64,000 nucleotides of DNA from Bacteroidaceae bacterium (GTDB lineage: Bacteria; Bacteroidota; Bacteroidia; Bacteroidales; Bacteroidaceae), in assembly GCA_017546635.1 (NCBI GenBank), contig JAFYSC010000049.1, positions 12,442 through 76,441 on the forward strand, given 5' to 3'. The position numbers and the translations under genes were made by a program. The notes beneath the pieces are model-generated. The model was given only the letters and a program-made list of their open reading frames with translations, made no database searches and was not told the origin of the DNA. Below, in pieces: positions 35,166 through 44,921 of the stretch (position 1 is its first letter; each line of letters begins with the position of its first letter).

Positions 35166-36293
35166 TTAGTCGGCAATCATCACCGGCAACAGGAGCATAA
35201 GAAGTTCCTGTTTGTCAACCTGCTCGGCAGGCACAATCACTCCTGCACGCGAGGGGTCGGCAAGTTCGATGATTACATCCTGGCCGGGGATATTATTGAG
35301 CATATCGATGAGCAACGACGCACGGAAGCCAATGTTCATAGGAACGCCGTCGTAGCTGCAGTTGATACTCTCCTCGGCCGAGGTTGAAAAATCGGTATTC
35401 TGTGCCGAGATAATAATCTTGCCAGCCTCGATATGGAGTTTGATAAGGCTCACAGCCTGCATCGAGAAGATAGCCACACGACGCAATGTACCGATAAGGG
35501 CTGCACGGTCGACAGTCACCTTGTGGGGGTTATTCTGGGGAATTACAGCGTTGTAGTTGGGATAACGGCCATCGAGCAGACGGCAGACAAGCTCATACTC
35601 GCCCATTGTAAATGTCGCGAAACGGCCATCGAACTCCACTGCTATGTCCTCCTGCTCATCCTTCACAAGCAGGTTCTTCAACAAGGTTGCAGGCTTTTTG
35701 GGAAGTATGAAAGCCGACTTCTCGGCACCCTGCACCGAGTAATCGCGGCAACGTGCGAGCTTATGTCCGTCCGATGCCACAAAAGTGACATTCTCGGGAG
35801 TAAAATCGAAATAGATACCGCACATAACAGGACGGTACACATCGTCGGCCGTAGCAAAGAGAGAACAAGATATTCCGTTTGCCAACACCTGGTTGGGAAT
35901 AGAAATCTTAACCGCGCCCTCGCCAAGCACAGGCGCAACAGGATACTCGTTGGCATTCTGTCCCACCATACTGAACTTTCCGTTAAGGTAGTATATAGTA
36001 AGCTCCAGTGTCTCTTTGTTGACCTCAAAGCGCAAGGGTTGCTCGGCAATCTCCTTAAGCGAGTCGATGAGAATCTTCGACGAGATGGCAAAAGTAAAAT
36101 CCTCGGAGCTCTCTATCACCTCGAACGAAGTATTCAGAGTATTGTCGGGGTCCGACGCTGTCAGCGTAAGCTTTGTTCCACGAAGTTCAAACAGGAAACA
36201 ATCCAACGCAGGGATAGTATTCTTTGAATTTATCACTCGGCAAATAGTCTGCAAGCGTGACAATAGAAGCGAGCTTGATACGGTAAAGTTCAT
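35166..36293 (-). CDS. dnaN: DNA polymerase III beta sliding clamp
   Basis: MNFTVSSSLLLSRLQTICRVINSKNTIPALDCFLFEL is a typical DnaN N-terminus, with the three-domain length of 375 aa. ATG at 36293 chosen over the track start at 36341. Confidence 0.9.
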   Translation of the reverse strand: MNFTVSSSLLLSRLQTICRVINSKNTIPALDCFLFELRGTKLTLTASDPDNTLNTSFEVIESSEDFTFAISSKILIDSLKEIAEQPLRFEVNKETLELTIYYLNGKFSMVGQNANEYPVAPVLGEGAVKISIPNQVLANGISCSLFATADDVYRPVMCGIYFDFTPENVTFVASDGHKLARCRDYSVQGAEKSAFILPKKPATLLKNLLVKDEQEDIAVEFDGRFATFTMGEYELVCRLLDGRYPNYNAVIPQNNPHKVTVDRAALIGTLRRVAIFSMQAVSLIKLHIEAGKIIISAQNTDFSTSAEESINCSYDGVPMNIGFRASLLIDMLNNIPGQDVIIELADPSRAGVIVPAEQVDKQELLMLLLPVMIAD

Positions 36294-36496
36294 ATGTATA
36301 TTGTATTTTAAATTATTTTTTCGACATTCATTTGGACACATGTGCGTGCGCTATGTAAACTTTGCGAAGATAGCACAATTCAAGCGCAATACAAAGAAAG
36401 GAGATAATTTTGTTAAATAAAAAAAGTGCAAAAAAGATGTTTTTTCGAATAAATGAACTATTTTCGCCCAATAATTCGAATTGAAAATTTAGATTA

Positions 36497-36871
36497 ATGG
36501 AAATTACAGGAAAAATCATCGCTGTGCTCCCCGAGAGAGGCGGCACTTCAAAGACAGGCAACGAGTGGAAAATGCAGGAATATGTGCTTGAGACTCACGA
36601 GCAATACCCCAAGAAGATATGCTTCAACGTATTTGGTGCAGACAAGATAGCACAATTCAACATACAGGCAGGAGAGGAACTCACCGTGTCTTTCGACATC
36701 AACGCCCGCGAGTATCAGGGCCGCTGGTACAACGACATCCGCGCCTGGAAAGTAGAGCGTGGCGATGCTGCATCGACTATGCCCCCCGTAAACGCGCCCC
36801 AAATCAACGCGACCACGGTTAAAGCCCCTGACTTCAACAAACAGGACGAGGCCGACGACCTCCCCTTCTAA
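36497..36871 (+). CDS. DUF3127 domain-containing protein
   Basis: MEITGKIIAVLPERGGTSKTGNEWKMQEYVLETHEQYPKKICFNVFG matches my memory of the conserved Bacteroidota DUF3127 N-terminus. Confidence 0.8.
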   Translation: MEITGKIIAVLPERGGTSKTGNEWKMQEYVLETHEQYPKKICFNVFGADKIAQFNIQAGEELTVSFDINAREYQGRWYNDIRAWKVERGDAASTMPPVNAPQINATTVKAPDFNKQDEADDLPF

Positions 36872-36896
36872 CGATGCAGGCAATTGATATACAAAT

Positions 36897-36938
36897 AAAA
36901 AGAACGTAGCGTACTGCGGGACGCTACGTTCTTTTTTA
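36897..36938. terminator. bidirectional rho-independent terminator between DUF3127 (+) and rho (-)
   Basis: Perfect 12-bp stem (AGAACGTAGCGT 36901-12 / ACGCTACGTTCT 36921-32) with an 8-nt loop, flanked by A4 (36897-900) and T6 (36933-38). Confidence 0.8.
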
Positions 36939-36958
36939 TTATCTTACCGACTAAAGAT

Positions 36959-38962
36959 TCAAGAGTTCATACTCATCAGGAACTCCTCGTTATCCTTTGT
37001 CTTTTCGAGTCTGTCCTTAACGAATTCCATTGCCTCGAGCGATGTCATATCTGCAAGATATTTGCGCAGAATCCACATACGGTCGAGCGTTGTCTTGTCG
37101 TGGAGCAGGTCATCGCGTCGTGTACTTGAAGCAACGATATTGACAGCAGGGAATAGACGTTTGTTCGACAATGTACGGTCGAGCTGAAGCTCCATATTGC
37201 CAGTACCCTTGAACTCCTCGAAGATAACCTCGTCCATCTTTGAGCCGGTATCAATGAGCGCTGTTGCAATTATTGTGAGCGAACCGCCATTCTCTATGTT
37301 TCGTGCAGCACCGAAGAAGCGCTTGGGCTTATGGAGGGCATTCGCATCGACACCTCCCGAGAGCACCTTGCCCGATGCGGGCGACACTGTGTTATAAGCA
37401 CGTGCAAGACGGGTAATAGAATCGAGGAAAATCACCACATCGTGACCGCACTCCACCATTCTCTTCGCACGCTCAAGCACAATGCCGGCAATCTTCACGT
37501 GACGCTCGGCAGGCTCGTCGAAGGTAGAGGCAATAACCTCGGCATTCACCGAACGCGCCATATCCGTAACCTCCTCGGGACGCTCGTCAATGAGGAGCAT
37601 AATCATATAAGCCTCGGGATGATTGGCTGCTATTGCATTCGCTATATCCTTTAGCAGCATAGTCTTACCTGTCTTCGGCTGCGCGACGATAAGTCCACGC
37701 TGACCTTTTCCTATGGGCGAGAACATATCTACCACACGGGCCGAGAGATTGTCGTAACTGCCGCCGCACAGCGTAAATTTCTCCTCGGGGAAGAGAGGTG
37801 TAAGGTTATCGAACGACACACGGTCGCGCACAAGTTCGGGAGCAAGACCGTTTATCCTATTCACCTTTACAAGAGGGAAATACTTTTCTCCCGCCCCCGC
37901 AGGACGGATTATACCCTCGACAACATCACCGGTCTTGAGTCCGTAAAGCCTTATCTGGTTCTGCGAGACATAGACATCGTCGGGCGATGCAAGATAGTTG
38001 TAATCGGACGAACGCAAGAAGCCATAATTGTCGGGCATAGTCTCGAGCACACCCTCGACGTGCAGGATATCGGCAAAATCGTAATGGGCAGGCTGCTCCT
38101 TCTTGCCCTTCGGCTGCTGAGGCTGCTGGGGCTGCTCATTCTGTTCCTTCTTTTCCGAAGCATCTTTTTGCTCGGCAACCTCCTGGCGGTTCTGTTCATT
38201 GCGCTGGCGACGGCGTTCCGCACGTGCCTCACCGCGCTGCTTGTCGAATTTTCCGATAAGCTCGGCAGGAACCTCAGCCGCTGTCGCCGACAACTCCTCG
38301 ATAGGCACAAAGCCCTCGCCCGAATCTTCGGCAGGCGCCCCTGCACTTTCTGCGACAGGCGCATCATCCTGAGCCGATTCACCGCCCTTTGCCTGCACCT
38401 CATTTTCGGTTGCTTTTTCTTTTGACTTGGGTTTGCGACCGCGTTTCTTAGGAGCAGGAGACACTGCCGCCCCGGCAGCCTCATCGCCTTCTGCAACAAC
38501 AGCCTGCGCCTGCTCTTCAGCTACAGCCTCTACTGCTTTTTCCAACGCCTTATCCTTAGCTTTTGACTTGCGGCCGCGTTTCTTGGGAGCAAGCGCCTCA
38601 TTGGCCTCTACAGCAGACTCCGCCTGAACCGACACAGCAACTGTCTCTTTGGCCTCGACAGCCTCACGAGCCTTAGGCTTTGGTTCCTCTATTTTCTCTG
38701 CAACATCCCCGCTGGCAGTATATACCCTTGTAGCACCTTCGGCCTGGGTACGGTTGCGACGATGGTTGCGCCTGTTCATTCTGTTCTCCTCCTTTACAAC
38801 TGCAGGAGCACCTGTCTGGCTACGCTGTAGCGCCTGACCGTCGAGGATACGATAGATAAGGGTATCACGCTCCAGAGAGCCGACACCTTTTATACCAAGT
38901 TCACTGGCAATTGACTGCAATTCGTGCAGTTCCTTGCCTCTCAATTGTTCTATATGATACAT
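36959..38962 (-). CDS. rho: transcription termination factor Rho with a large N-terminal insertion
   Basis: The Rho_N helix bundle is [17 protein letters not shown] ~245-aa low-complexity insert follows. The CSD-like RNA-binding domain is [15 protein letters not shown]. Walker A is PKTGKT. The C-terminus is typical of Rho. Confidence 0.95.
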   Translation of the reverse strand: MYHIEQLRGKELHELQSIASELGIKGVGSLERDTLIYRILDGQALQRSQTGAPAVVKEENRMNRRNHRRNRTQAEGATRVYTASGDVAEKIEEPKPKAREAVEAKETVAVSVQAESAVEANEALAPKKRGRKSKAKDKALEKAVEAVAEEQAQAVVAEGDEAAGAAVSPAPKKRGRKPKSKEKATENEVQAKGGESAQDDAPVAESAGAPAEDSGEGFVPIEELSATAAEVPAELIGKFDKQRGEARAERRRQRNEQNRQEVAEQKDASEKKEQNEQPQQPQQPKGKKEQPAHYDFADILHVEGVLETMPDNYGFLRSSDYNYLASPDDVYVSQNQIRLYGLKTGDVVEGIIRPAGAGEKYFPLVKVNRINGLAPELVRDRVSFDNLTPLFPEEKFTLCGGSYDNLSARVVDMFSPIGKGQRGLIVAQPKTGKTMLLKDIANAIAANHPEAYMIMLLIDERPEEVTDMARSVNAEVIASTFDEPAERHVKIAGIVLERAKRMVECGHDVVIFLDSITRLARAYNTVSPASGKVLSGGVDANALHKPKRFFGAARNIENGGSLTIIATALIDTGSKMDEVIFEEFKGTGNMELQLDRTLSNKRLFPAVNIVASSTRRDDLLHDKTTLDRMWILRKYLADMTSLEAMEFVKDRLEKTKDNEEFLMSMNS

Positions 38963-39323
38963 AGATTAGACAATGTGGACACACCATTATGCCAGGCACA
39001 ATCCACAACGAAAAAAAATAAATTAGTGATTAAATTCCGGATGGAACATTGGTGTATATATTACGTTTATCAGATAGCATATTTGCAATCCAACGTTCCT
39101 TTTGTAAAAGTCGCCACAAAAATAACAAAATAGTTTCGAAAAAGTATCAGTGTTTTACATTTTTTTAAGTCAACAGAAGGCAAATTATTATAATTTCACG
39201 CACTGCAACAGACAAAAACCATCGGGAAAGATGCCATCACAACTAAAAAGCCAATGCGAAAAGGGCTCAATTCTACATTTTTTCGTATCTTGCGCAAGAT
39301 AACCAAATATAAAACCGATAAAA

Positions 39324-40727
39324 ATGAAAAGACTTTTTCTGCAAATCACACTGGCACTCTTGTCTGCCACCGTATTATCGGAACAAGCGGCAGCCCAAGA
39401 ACAACCCGAGGAGATGTTCACATATTTCAGCAACTCGCTCAATGGAGGAGAGTGCACATACGAAGTACGTAAAGCCATCACAAACGGACAGATAGCACAA
39501 TTCCGCGCACAGGTATGGGAAACGTGGAAAGCAGCAGTCACAAGCCACAAAGAAGAGAAGCTCATTCCCGTTGAATGGATGGGCTACAAGAAGACAGGCA
39601 GCTGGACACTGCCCGCCGAACTGGAACCCAACGCCATTATGCCCTACTACTTTGGAATAAACAGCAATACGGCCGAGGAGATAGAAGAAGGCAAGAAATA
39701 CCCGATGTTCCTCTATATGCACGGCTCTGGCAGCAAGCACCAGGAGTGGGCAACAGGATTCATCCTCGCACAACAGATGTTCTATGCACCTGCGGTATAT
39801 ATGGTTCCGCAAATCCCTAACGGATACGGCGAATATTACCGTTGGGCAATACAATCGAAGCAATGGGCGTGGGAGAAACTGCTGCGTCTGGCAATGGCAG
39901 AAGAGAGAATCGACCCCAACAGAATATTCTTCTTCGGTATATCCGAGGGAGGATACGGCAGCCAGCGACTTGCATCGTTCTATGCCGACTACCTTGCAGG
40001 AGCAGGACCTATGGCAGGCGGTGAGCCCCTGAAGAATGCCCCTATGGAAAATGTTGCCAACATCGCCTTCTCGCTGCGCACAGGAGCTCTCGACCAGATG
40101 TTCCTCAGGAACAGAATGACACAGGAGGCACTCAACGTTGCCGACAAGCTTGCATCGGAACACCCCGGATACTACAGGCACTACATAGACATAATCCCCG
40201 ACTACGGCCACAGCATCGACTATCGCCCCACCACCCACTGGTTGGCGCAGTTCACCCGCAACCCCCACCCCAAATATGTATACTGGGAAAGGTACGATAT
40301 GTACGGACGCTACCGCAACACCTTCTACAACATAAAGGTAAACGAGGAATCGGCCGACAACAGCGAGCAGCGCACCTGCTACATAATGGACATCGACAAC
40401 AACACCATCAATATCGATGTAAAGAACGCGACATACAAGACCACATACACAGCCGGCGGCATTGAATTCCTTTTTGAAAAAGAGTACACCGATGCAAAGA
40501 AAGGCAACATAACAATCTATCTAAACGAGGAGCTCTTCGACCTCGAGAAGCCCATTAAGGTCATCCTCAACGGAAAGAAGATTTTCAAGGGAAAGGTCAA
40601 GAGCGACCTTGCCACAATGGTCGAGAGCTGCGCTCTCTTCTACGACCCGGAGCGCATATTCCCCGCCGCAATAGAGATTGACATTGCCAACAGAAGCGCC
40701 AAACCCTTATCGGACAAGAAAAGATAA
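39324..40727 (+). CDS. secreted alpha/beta-hydrolase (esterase/peptidase-like)
   Basis: Signal peptide (ALLSATVLSEQAAA), a nucleophile elbow GISEGGYG (GxSxG), YMHGSGSK upstream, and a C-terminal beta-rich domain. Confidence 0.7.
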   Translation: MKRLFLQITLALLSATVLSEQAAAQEQPEEMFTYFSNSLNGGECTYEVRKAITNGQIAQFRAQVWETWKAAVTSHKEEKLIPVEWMGYKKTGSWTLPAELEPNAIMPYYFGINSNTAEEIEEGKKYPMFLYMHGSGSKHQEWATGFILAQQMFYAPAVYMVPQIPNGYGEYYRWAIQSKQWAWEKLLRLAMAEERIDPNRIFFFGISEGGYGSQRLASFYADYLAGAGPMAGGEPLKNAPMENVANIAFSLRTGALDQMFLRNRMTQEALNVADKLASEHPGYYRHYIDIIPDYGHSIDYRPTTHWLAQFTRNPHPKYVYWERYDMYGRYRNTFYNIKVNEESADNSEQRTCYIMDIDNNTINIDVKNATYKTTYTAGGIEFLFEKEYTDAKKGNITIYLNEELFDLEKPIKVILNGKKIFKGKVKSDLATMVESCALFYDPERIFPAAIEIDIANRSAKPLSDKKR

Positions 40728-40767
40728 GAGCAAAGGAACAGACTGCCGACAAGCCGGCACGACATCG

Positions 40768-40813
40768 ACAGAACGATGGTGACCCTTTTACTTTTGGGTC
40801 ACCATCGTTCTGT
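40768..40813 (+). terminator. 18-bp perfect hairpin downstream of the hydrolase gene (terminator-like, no clean T-run)
   Basis: ACAGAACGATGGTGACCC (40768-85) / GGGTCACCATCGTTCTGT (40796-813) with the loop TTTTACTTTT. Confidence 0.5.
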
Positions 40814-41096
40814 CAAGTTTGAATAAAAGAGATTTTCCACTCAGCCTCACTTTATTTTCCCACCTGCGCACCATTATCAGCCGCGCACAGGAGAGACAGA
40901 AAAGCGAAAATCCAAAAACATCAATCATCGGCAAAGAATTTAAAATGTTTTATCATATTCACCGCCGTTCTTTCAAAAAATAATTGTATTTTCGCATCTT
41001 AATGTTTATGAGGCACAAAAGTTCCTTTTTTACACGGACAGACTGAAGAACCGCATACAAAAGAACAACCCCGCCTCTTTTTACAAGCACACAGCA

Positions 41097-42050
41097 ATGA
41101 AAGTAATAGATTATATAAACTCCACCGAAAAAACGGCTTTTTCATTCGAGGTACTGCCACCCGTCAAGGGAACAGGCACGACCAACCTGTTCAACTCCAT
41201 CGACCGCCTGATGCAGTTCGACCCCAAATACATAAATATAACCACTCACCACAGTGAGAGCATTTATCTGGATATGGGCAACGGAATGTTCAAGCGCTCC
41301 AGAATACGCCGCCGCCCCGGCACCGTTGCCGTAGCCACAGCAATACACCACCGCTATGGTGTACCTGTAGTGCCACATATACTGTGCAACGGCTTTACAT
41401 TGGAAGAGACGGAGTATGTGCTCATTGACTTGCAGCTATCGGGCATCACCGATGTCCTTGTGTTGCGTGGCGACAAGGTAAAAGAGGATGCGAACTTCGT
41501 CCCGACACAAGGTGGACACAAGCACGCGATAGAGCTGCAGAGACAGATCAACCGCTTCAACGAGGGATATTTCATTGACGGCACACAGATGAAGGAGCGT
41601 GGCACACGATTCTCTTACGGTGTTGCCTGCTATCCCGAGAAGCACGAGGAGGCCCCCAACCTCGACAGTGACATCGCCTGGCTCAAGCAGAAGGTTGACG
41701 AAGGTGCCGAGTATGCCGTTACACAAATGTTCTTTGACAACAAGAAATATTTCGGGTTTGTGAAAAAGGCACGCGAAGCGGGTATAGATGTCCCCATAAT
41801 ACCGGGAATAAAGCCCATACACCGCCTGTCGCAGATGAACATACTTCCAAAGACATTCCGCGTCGACCTTCCCGAAGAACTTGTAGCCGAACTTCTAAAG
41901 TGCAAGGACGATGAGGCGGCAACGGCCGTAGGACGCGAATGGTGTATATCCCAATGCCGCGAACTTATGGCAAACGGCGTACCGAGCATACACTTCTACA
42001 CTATGAACGCCGTAGACAGTGTGTGCAAGATAGCAAGTGCAATATATTGA
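41097..42050 (+). CDS. metF: methylenetetrahydrofolate reductase
   Basis: FSFEVLPP...NITTH...VPHILC...VLVLRGD...CYPEKH...VTQMFFD are MetF family blocks. Confidence 0.9.
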   Translation: MKVIDYINSTEKTAFSFEVLPPVKGTGTTNLFNSIDRLMQFDPKYINITTHHSESIYLDMGNGMFKRSRIRRRPGTVAVATAIHHRYGVPVVPHILCNGFTLEETEYVLIDLQLSGITDVLVLRGDKVKEDANFVPTQGGHKHAIELQRQINRFNEGYFIDGTQMKERGTRFSYGVACYPEKHEEAPNLDSDIAWLKQKVDEGAEYAVTQMFFDNKKYFGFVKKAREAGIDVPIIPGIKPIHRLSQMNILPKTFRVDLPEELVAELLKCKDDEAATAVGREWCISQCRELMANGVPSIHFYTMNAVDSVCKIASAIY

Positions 42051-42063
42051 CATTTGAGCAACC

Positions 42064-43200
42064 ATGTATTTCTCGGACATAATAGGACAAGAGAGCGCAA
42101 AGGAGCAGATGAGGCGGTTCGTCGACGAGAACCGCCTGGCACACGCTCTCCTCATCACCGGACCGCGAGGCAACGGCAAGCTGCCGTTGGCCGCAGCATT
42201 GGCCCACTATCTGCTTTGCAGCAACAGGAAGAACGGCGAGGCGTGCGGCGTATGCCCAACCTGCGTAAAAGTGAACAAGCTGGTACACAGCGACCTGCAC
42301 TTTGTCTTTCCTGTACTCAAAAAGAAGAACTGCAGTTCGGACAGCTCACCCATAAGCGACGATTACATCCCGGAATGGCGAGAACTTTTCCTGAAGAACC
42401 CCTATTTCACATATAACGACTGGTTGCAGAAGATACGTGTCGAGAACCAGCAACCGATGATATACGAGCGTGAGAGCGGCGAGATACTGCAGAAACTCTC
42501 TATGCAGTCGCGCGAAGGAGGATGGAAGATTGTCATTATGTGGCTGCCCGAAAAGATGAAGGAGGTGGGTTCCAACAAACTTCTCAAGATTATAGAAGAG
42601 CCTCCAAAGGATACCCTCTTCATACTTGTATCCGAGGAACCCGAGAAAATTATACCCACAATCCTGAGCCGTACCCAACGCATAGATGTACCGCGACTCA
42701 GCGATGCGGAAATCATACAGGCGTTGCAGACACGCTATTCGCTAACCCCTGACGATGCCGCACTGATAGCAAGGCTGAGCGCCGGCAATTGGGAAAAAGC
42801 CGAGGAGCAGCTGCGCATTGACAGCGACAAGGAGCAGTACCTGGAGCTTTTCGCCCAACTGATGCGCGTAGCCTATGCACGTAACATACGCGAGATGAAA
42901 AAATGGAGCGAGCAGGTGGCCGCACTCGGCAGGGAACGGCAGAAACACCTTCTGGAGTATTGCCAGAGAATGATACGCGAGAATTTCATAATGAACTTCA
43001 AGCGCGATGAAATGCTCACGCTATCGACTGCCGAGCGCAATTTCTCGGTGCGTTTCTCGCCGTTTGTAAACGAGCGCAACATATTCGGCATAATGGAGGA
43101 ACTGAGCGAGGCCCAGCGCCATATAGAACAGAATGTAAATGCAAAAATGGTCTTCTTCGATATGTCATTGAGGATGATTGTTTGGATAAAGAACAGATAA
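42064..43200 (+). CDS. holB: DNA polymerase III delta' subunit
   Basis: LAHALLITGPRGNGKLPLA (degenerate P-loop), a zinc module (CGVCPTCVK), and an SRTQR sensor motif. Confidence 0.8.
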   Translation: MYFSDIIGQESAKEQMRRFVDENRLAHALLITGPRGNGKLPLAAALAHYLLCSNRKNGEACGVCPTCVKVNKLVHSDLHFVFPVLKKKNCSSDSSPISDDYIPEWRELFLKNPYFTYNDWLQKIRVENQQPMIYERESGEILQKLSMQSREGGWKIVIMWLPEKMKEVGSNKLLKIIEEPPKDTLFILVSEEPEKIIPTILSRTQRIDVPRLSDAEIIQALQTRYSLTPDDAALIARLSAGNWEKAEEQLRIDSDKEQYLELFAQLMRVAYARNIREMKKWSEQVAALGRERQKHLLEYCQRMIRENFIMNFKRDEMLTLSTAERNFSVRFSPFVNERNIFGIMEELSEAQRHIEQNVNAKMVFFDMSLRMIVWIKNR

Positions 43201-43204
43201 TATT

Positions 43205-44473
43205 ATGGATAATTGCAAACATAAGGACAGCAACAATTGTGCCGGCATCTGCTGCAGCGGATGCAGCAGGATGGACGCACCACTCCACACATTCGACTGG
43301 TTGGCAGGCATCCCCGGCAACTACGAAGATACAGACATTGTAGAGGTACAATTCAAGAACACCCGCAAGGGATACTACCGCAACAGCAACGGCATTCCCC
43401 TGAAAAAGGGTGACATTGTAGCAGTCGAGGCAAATCCCGGACACGACATCGGCACAGTAACACTTACAGGCCGTCTTGTGTTTCTCCAGTTGAAAAAGAC
43501 ACGTCTGACGCCCGAATCGGAATTCAAGCGCATATACCGCAAGGCCAAGCCCGTGGATATGGAAAAGTTCGAGGAGGCAAAAGCACGCGAGCACGAGACT
43601 ATGATACGCTCACGCCAGATTGCCAAGGACCTTGAGCTCGATATGAAGATTGGCGACGTAGAGTACCAGGGCGACGGGCTCAAGGCCATTTTCTATTACA
43701 TCGCCGACAACCGTGTCGACTTCAGACAATTGATAAAGGTGCTTGCCGAAGCTTTCAGGATAAAGATTGAGATGAAGCAGATTGGAGCACGTCAGGAAGC
43801 CGGACGCATCGGCGGCATAGGCCCTTGCGGCAGGGAGCTATGCTGCGCTACATTTACCACGAGCTTCGTATCGGTATCTACCACCGCAGCACGATTCCAG
43901 GACATTTCCCTTAACCCGCAAAAGCTTGCAGGACAGTGCGCCAAGCTCAAATGCTGCCTCAACTACGAGGTTGACGCCTATGTGGAAGCATCGAGAAGAA
44001 TGCCCTCACGCGACATAGAGCTTGAGACAAGGGACAACATCTATTTCTTCTTCAAGGCCGATATTCTGAACGGTCAGCTTACATACTCGACCGACAAGCA
44101 TATAGCAGCAAACCTTGTCACAATTTCGGTAAAGCGTGCAATTGCCGTGATAGAGATGAACAAACGTGGAGAGCGCCCCGAGACACTGTCGGGCAGCGAA
44201 CAGGAAGAGAGACGTTCATTCGACCTTCTTGAACAGGAGAACATCAACCGTTTCGACAATACAGGAAAGAAGAAACGCCGTAAAGGCAAAGGAGGACAGC
44301 AGCAGGTCAACACATCCCCCAAAGAAGTCCAGCAGGAACAGCCGCAAGCCGAAGGCAACAGCACCGGCACTCCACGTCCCGAGCGCCGCAACAACCACAA
44401 GAGACCCAAGAACAGACGTAACAACAATGCCAATACGGGCAAAGATGACAAGAACGGCAAACAAGGCGAGTAG
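43205..44473 (+). CDS. PSP1 domain protein (RicT/YaaT-like) with a basic low-complexity C-terminal tail
   Basis: PSP1 core (VEVQFKNTRKGYY...GDIVAVEANPGHDIGTV...LKAIFYYIADNRVDFRQLIKVLA). N-terminal Cys cluster CAGICCSGCS. The C-terminal tail is KKRRKGKGGQQQ...RRNNHKRPKNRRNNN. Confidence 0.85.
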   Translation: MDNCKHKDSNNCAGICCSGCSRMDAPLHTFDWLAGIPGNYEDTDIVEVQFKNTRKGYYRNSNGIPLKKGDIVAVEANPGHDIGTVTLTGRLVFLQLKKTRLTPESEFKRIYRKAKPVDMEKFEEAKAREHETMIRSRQIAKDLELDMKIGDVEYQGDGLKAIFYYIADNRVDFRQLIKVLAEAFRIKIEMKQIGARQEAGRIGGIGPCGRELCCATFTTSFVSVSTTAARFQDISLNPQKLAGQCAKLKCCLNYEVDAYVEASRRMPSRDIELETRDNIYFFFKADILNGQLTYSTDKHIAANLVTISVKRAIAVIEMNKRGERPETLSGSEQEERRSFDLLEQENINRFDNTGKKKRRKGKGGQQQVNTSPKEVQQEQPQAEGNSTGTPRPERRNNHKRPKNRRNNNANTGKDDKNGKQGE

Positions 44474-44921
44474 CCTGATACTGTTGCTTCTCCTATGTGC
44501 GTGCGACAACACGCTGTACCACAAATTCCACGATATAGAAGACGGATGGAGCAGCAGCGACACGCTCACATACACAATATGCGACCCTCTTGCGGGGTCG
44601 CATATCTGCGATGCGTATATAGAGTTGCGTACAACCGCCGACTACCCCTACCGCAAACTATGGTTGAGAGCTGAGACGGACAACGCACACGGCAGCATAA
44701 GGACGACCGACACCATCTGCTGCGAGATATTCGACAGCATAGGCATACACAACGGCTCCACTGCAGGACTGCTATATCAGACAAGACATAGACTGCCACA
44801 GATAGAACTGAGCCCGACAGACACTGTCACAATAGAGATAACCCACATAATGGACGGGAATGTGAGCGGAGTGCGCAGCGTAGGTGTCAAAGCCGAACGT
44901 TGCGGTCGGCATCTACCCTGA
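44445..44921 (+). CDS. gldH: gliding-motility lipoprotein GldH-like
   Basis: Lipoprotein signal (LILLLLLCAC/DN), about 158 aa, in the conserved position after holB-PSP1. The start is ATG at 44445 (or 44427) and overlaps the PSP1 3' end. The track start at 44166 was rejected. Confidence 0.65.
   Translation: MTRTANKASSLILLLLLCACDNTLYHKFHDIEDGWSSSDTLTYTICDPLAGSHICDAYIELRTTADYPYRKLWLRAETDNAHGSIRTTDTICCEIFDSIGIHNGSTAGLLYQTRHRLPQIELSPTDTVTIEITHIMDGNVSGVRSVGVKAERCGRHLP

Noticed and set aside
35433-36227. 264-aa plus-strand ORF
   Set aside because: It is antisense to dnaN and its composition is H/C/L/R-rich, so I treat it as a shadow ORF.
39375-40268. 297-aa minus-strand ORF
   Set aside because: It is antisense to the secreted alpha/beta-hydrolase gene, which has a signal peptide and a GxSxG motif. 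The antisense product has neither.
44166-44444. Upstream extension of the gldH-like ORF (track start 44166)
   Set aside because: It lies in an alternative frame of the PSP1 tail. The lipoprotein signal peptide begins only after the ATGs at 44427 and 44445.
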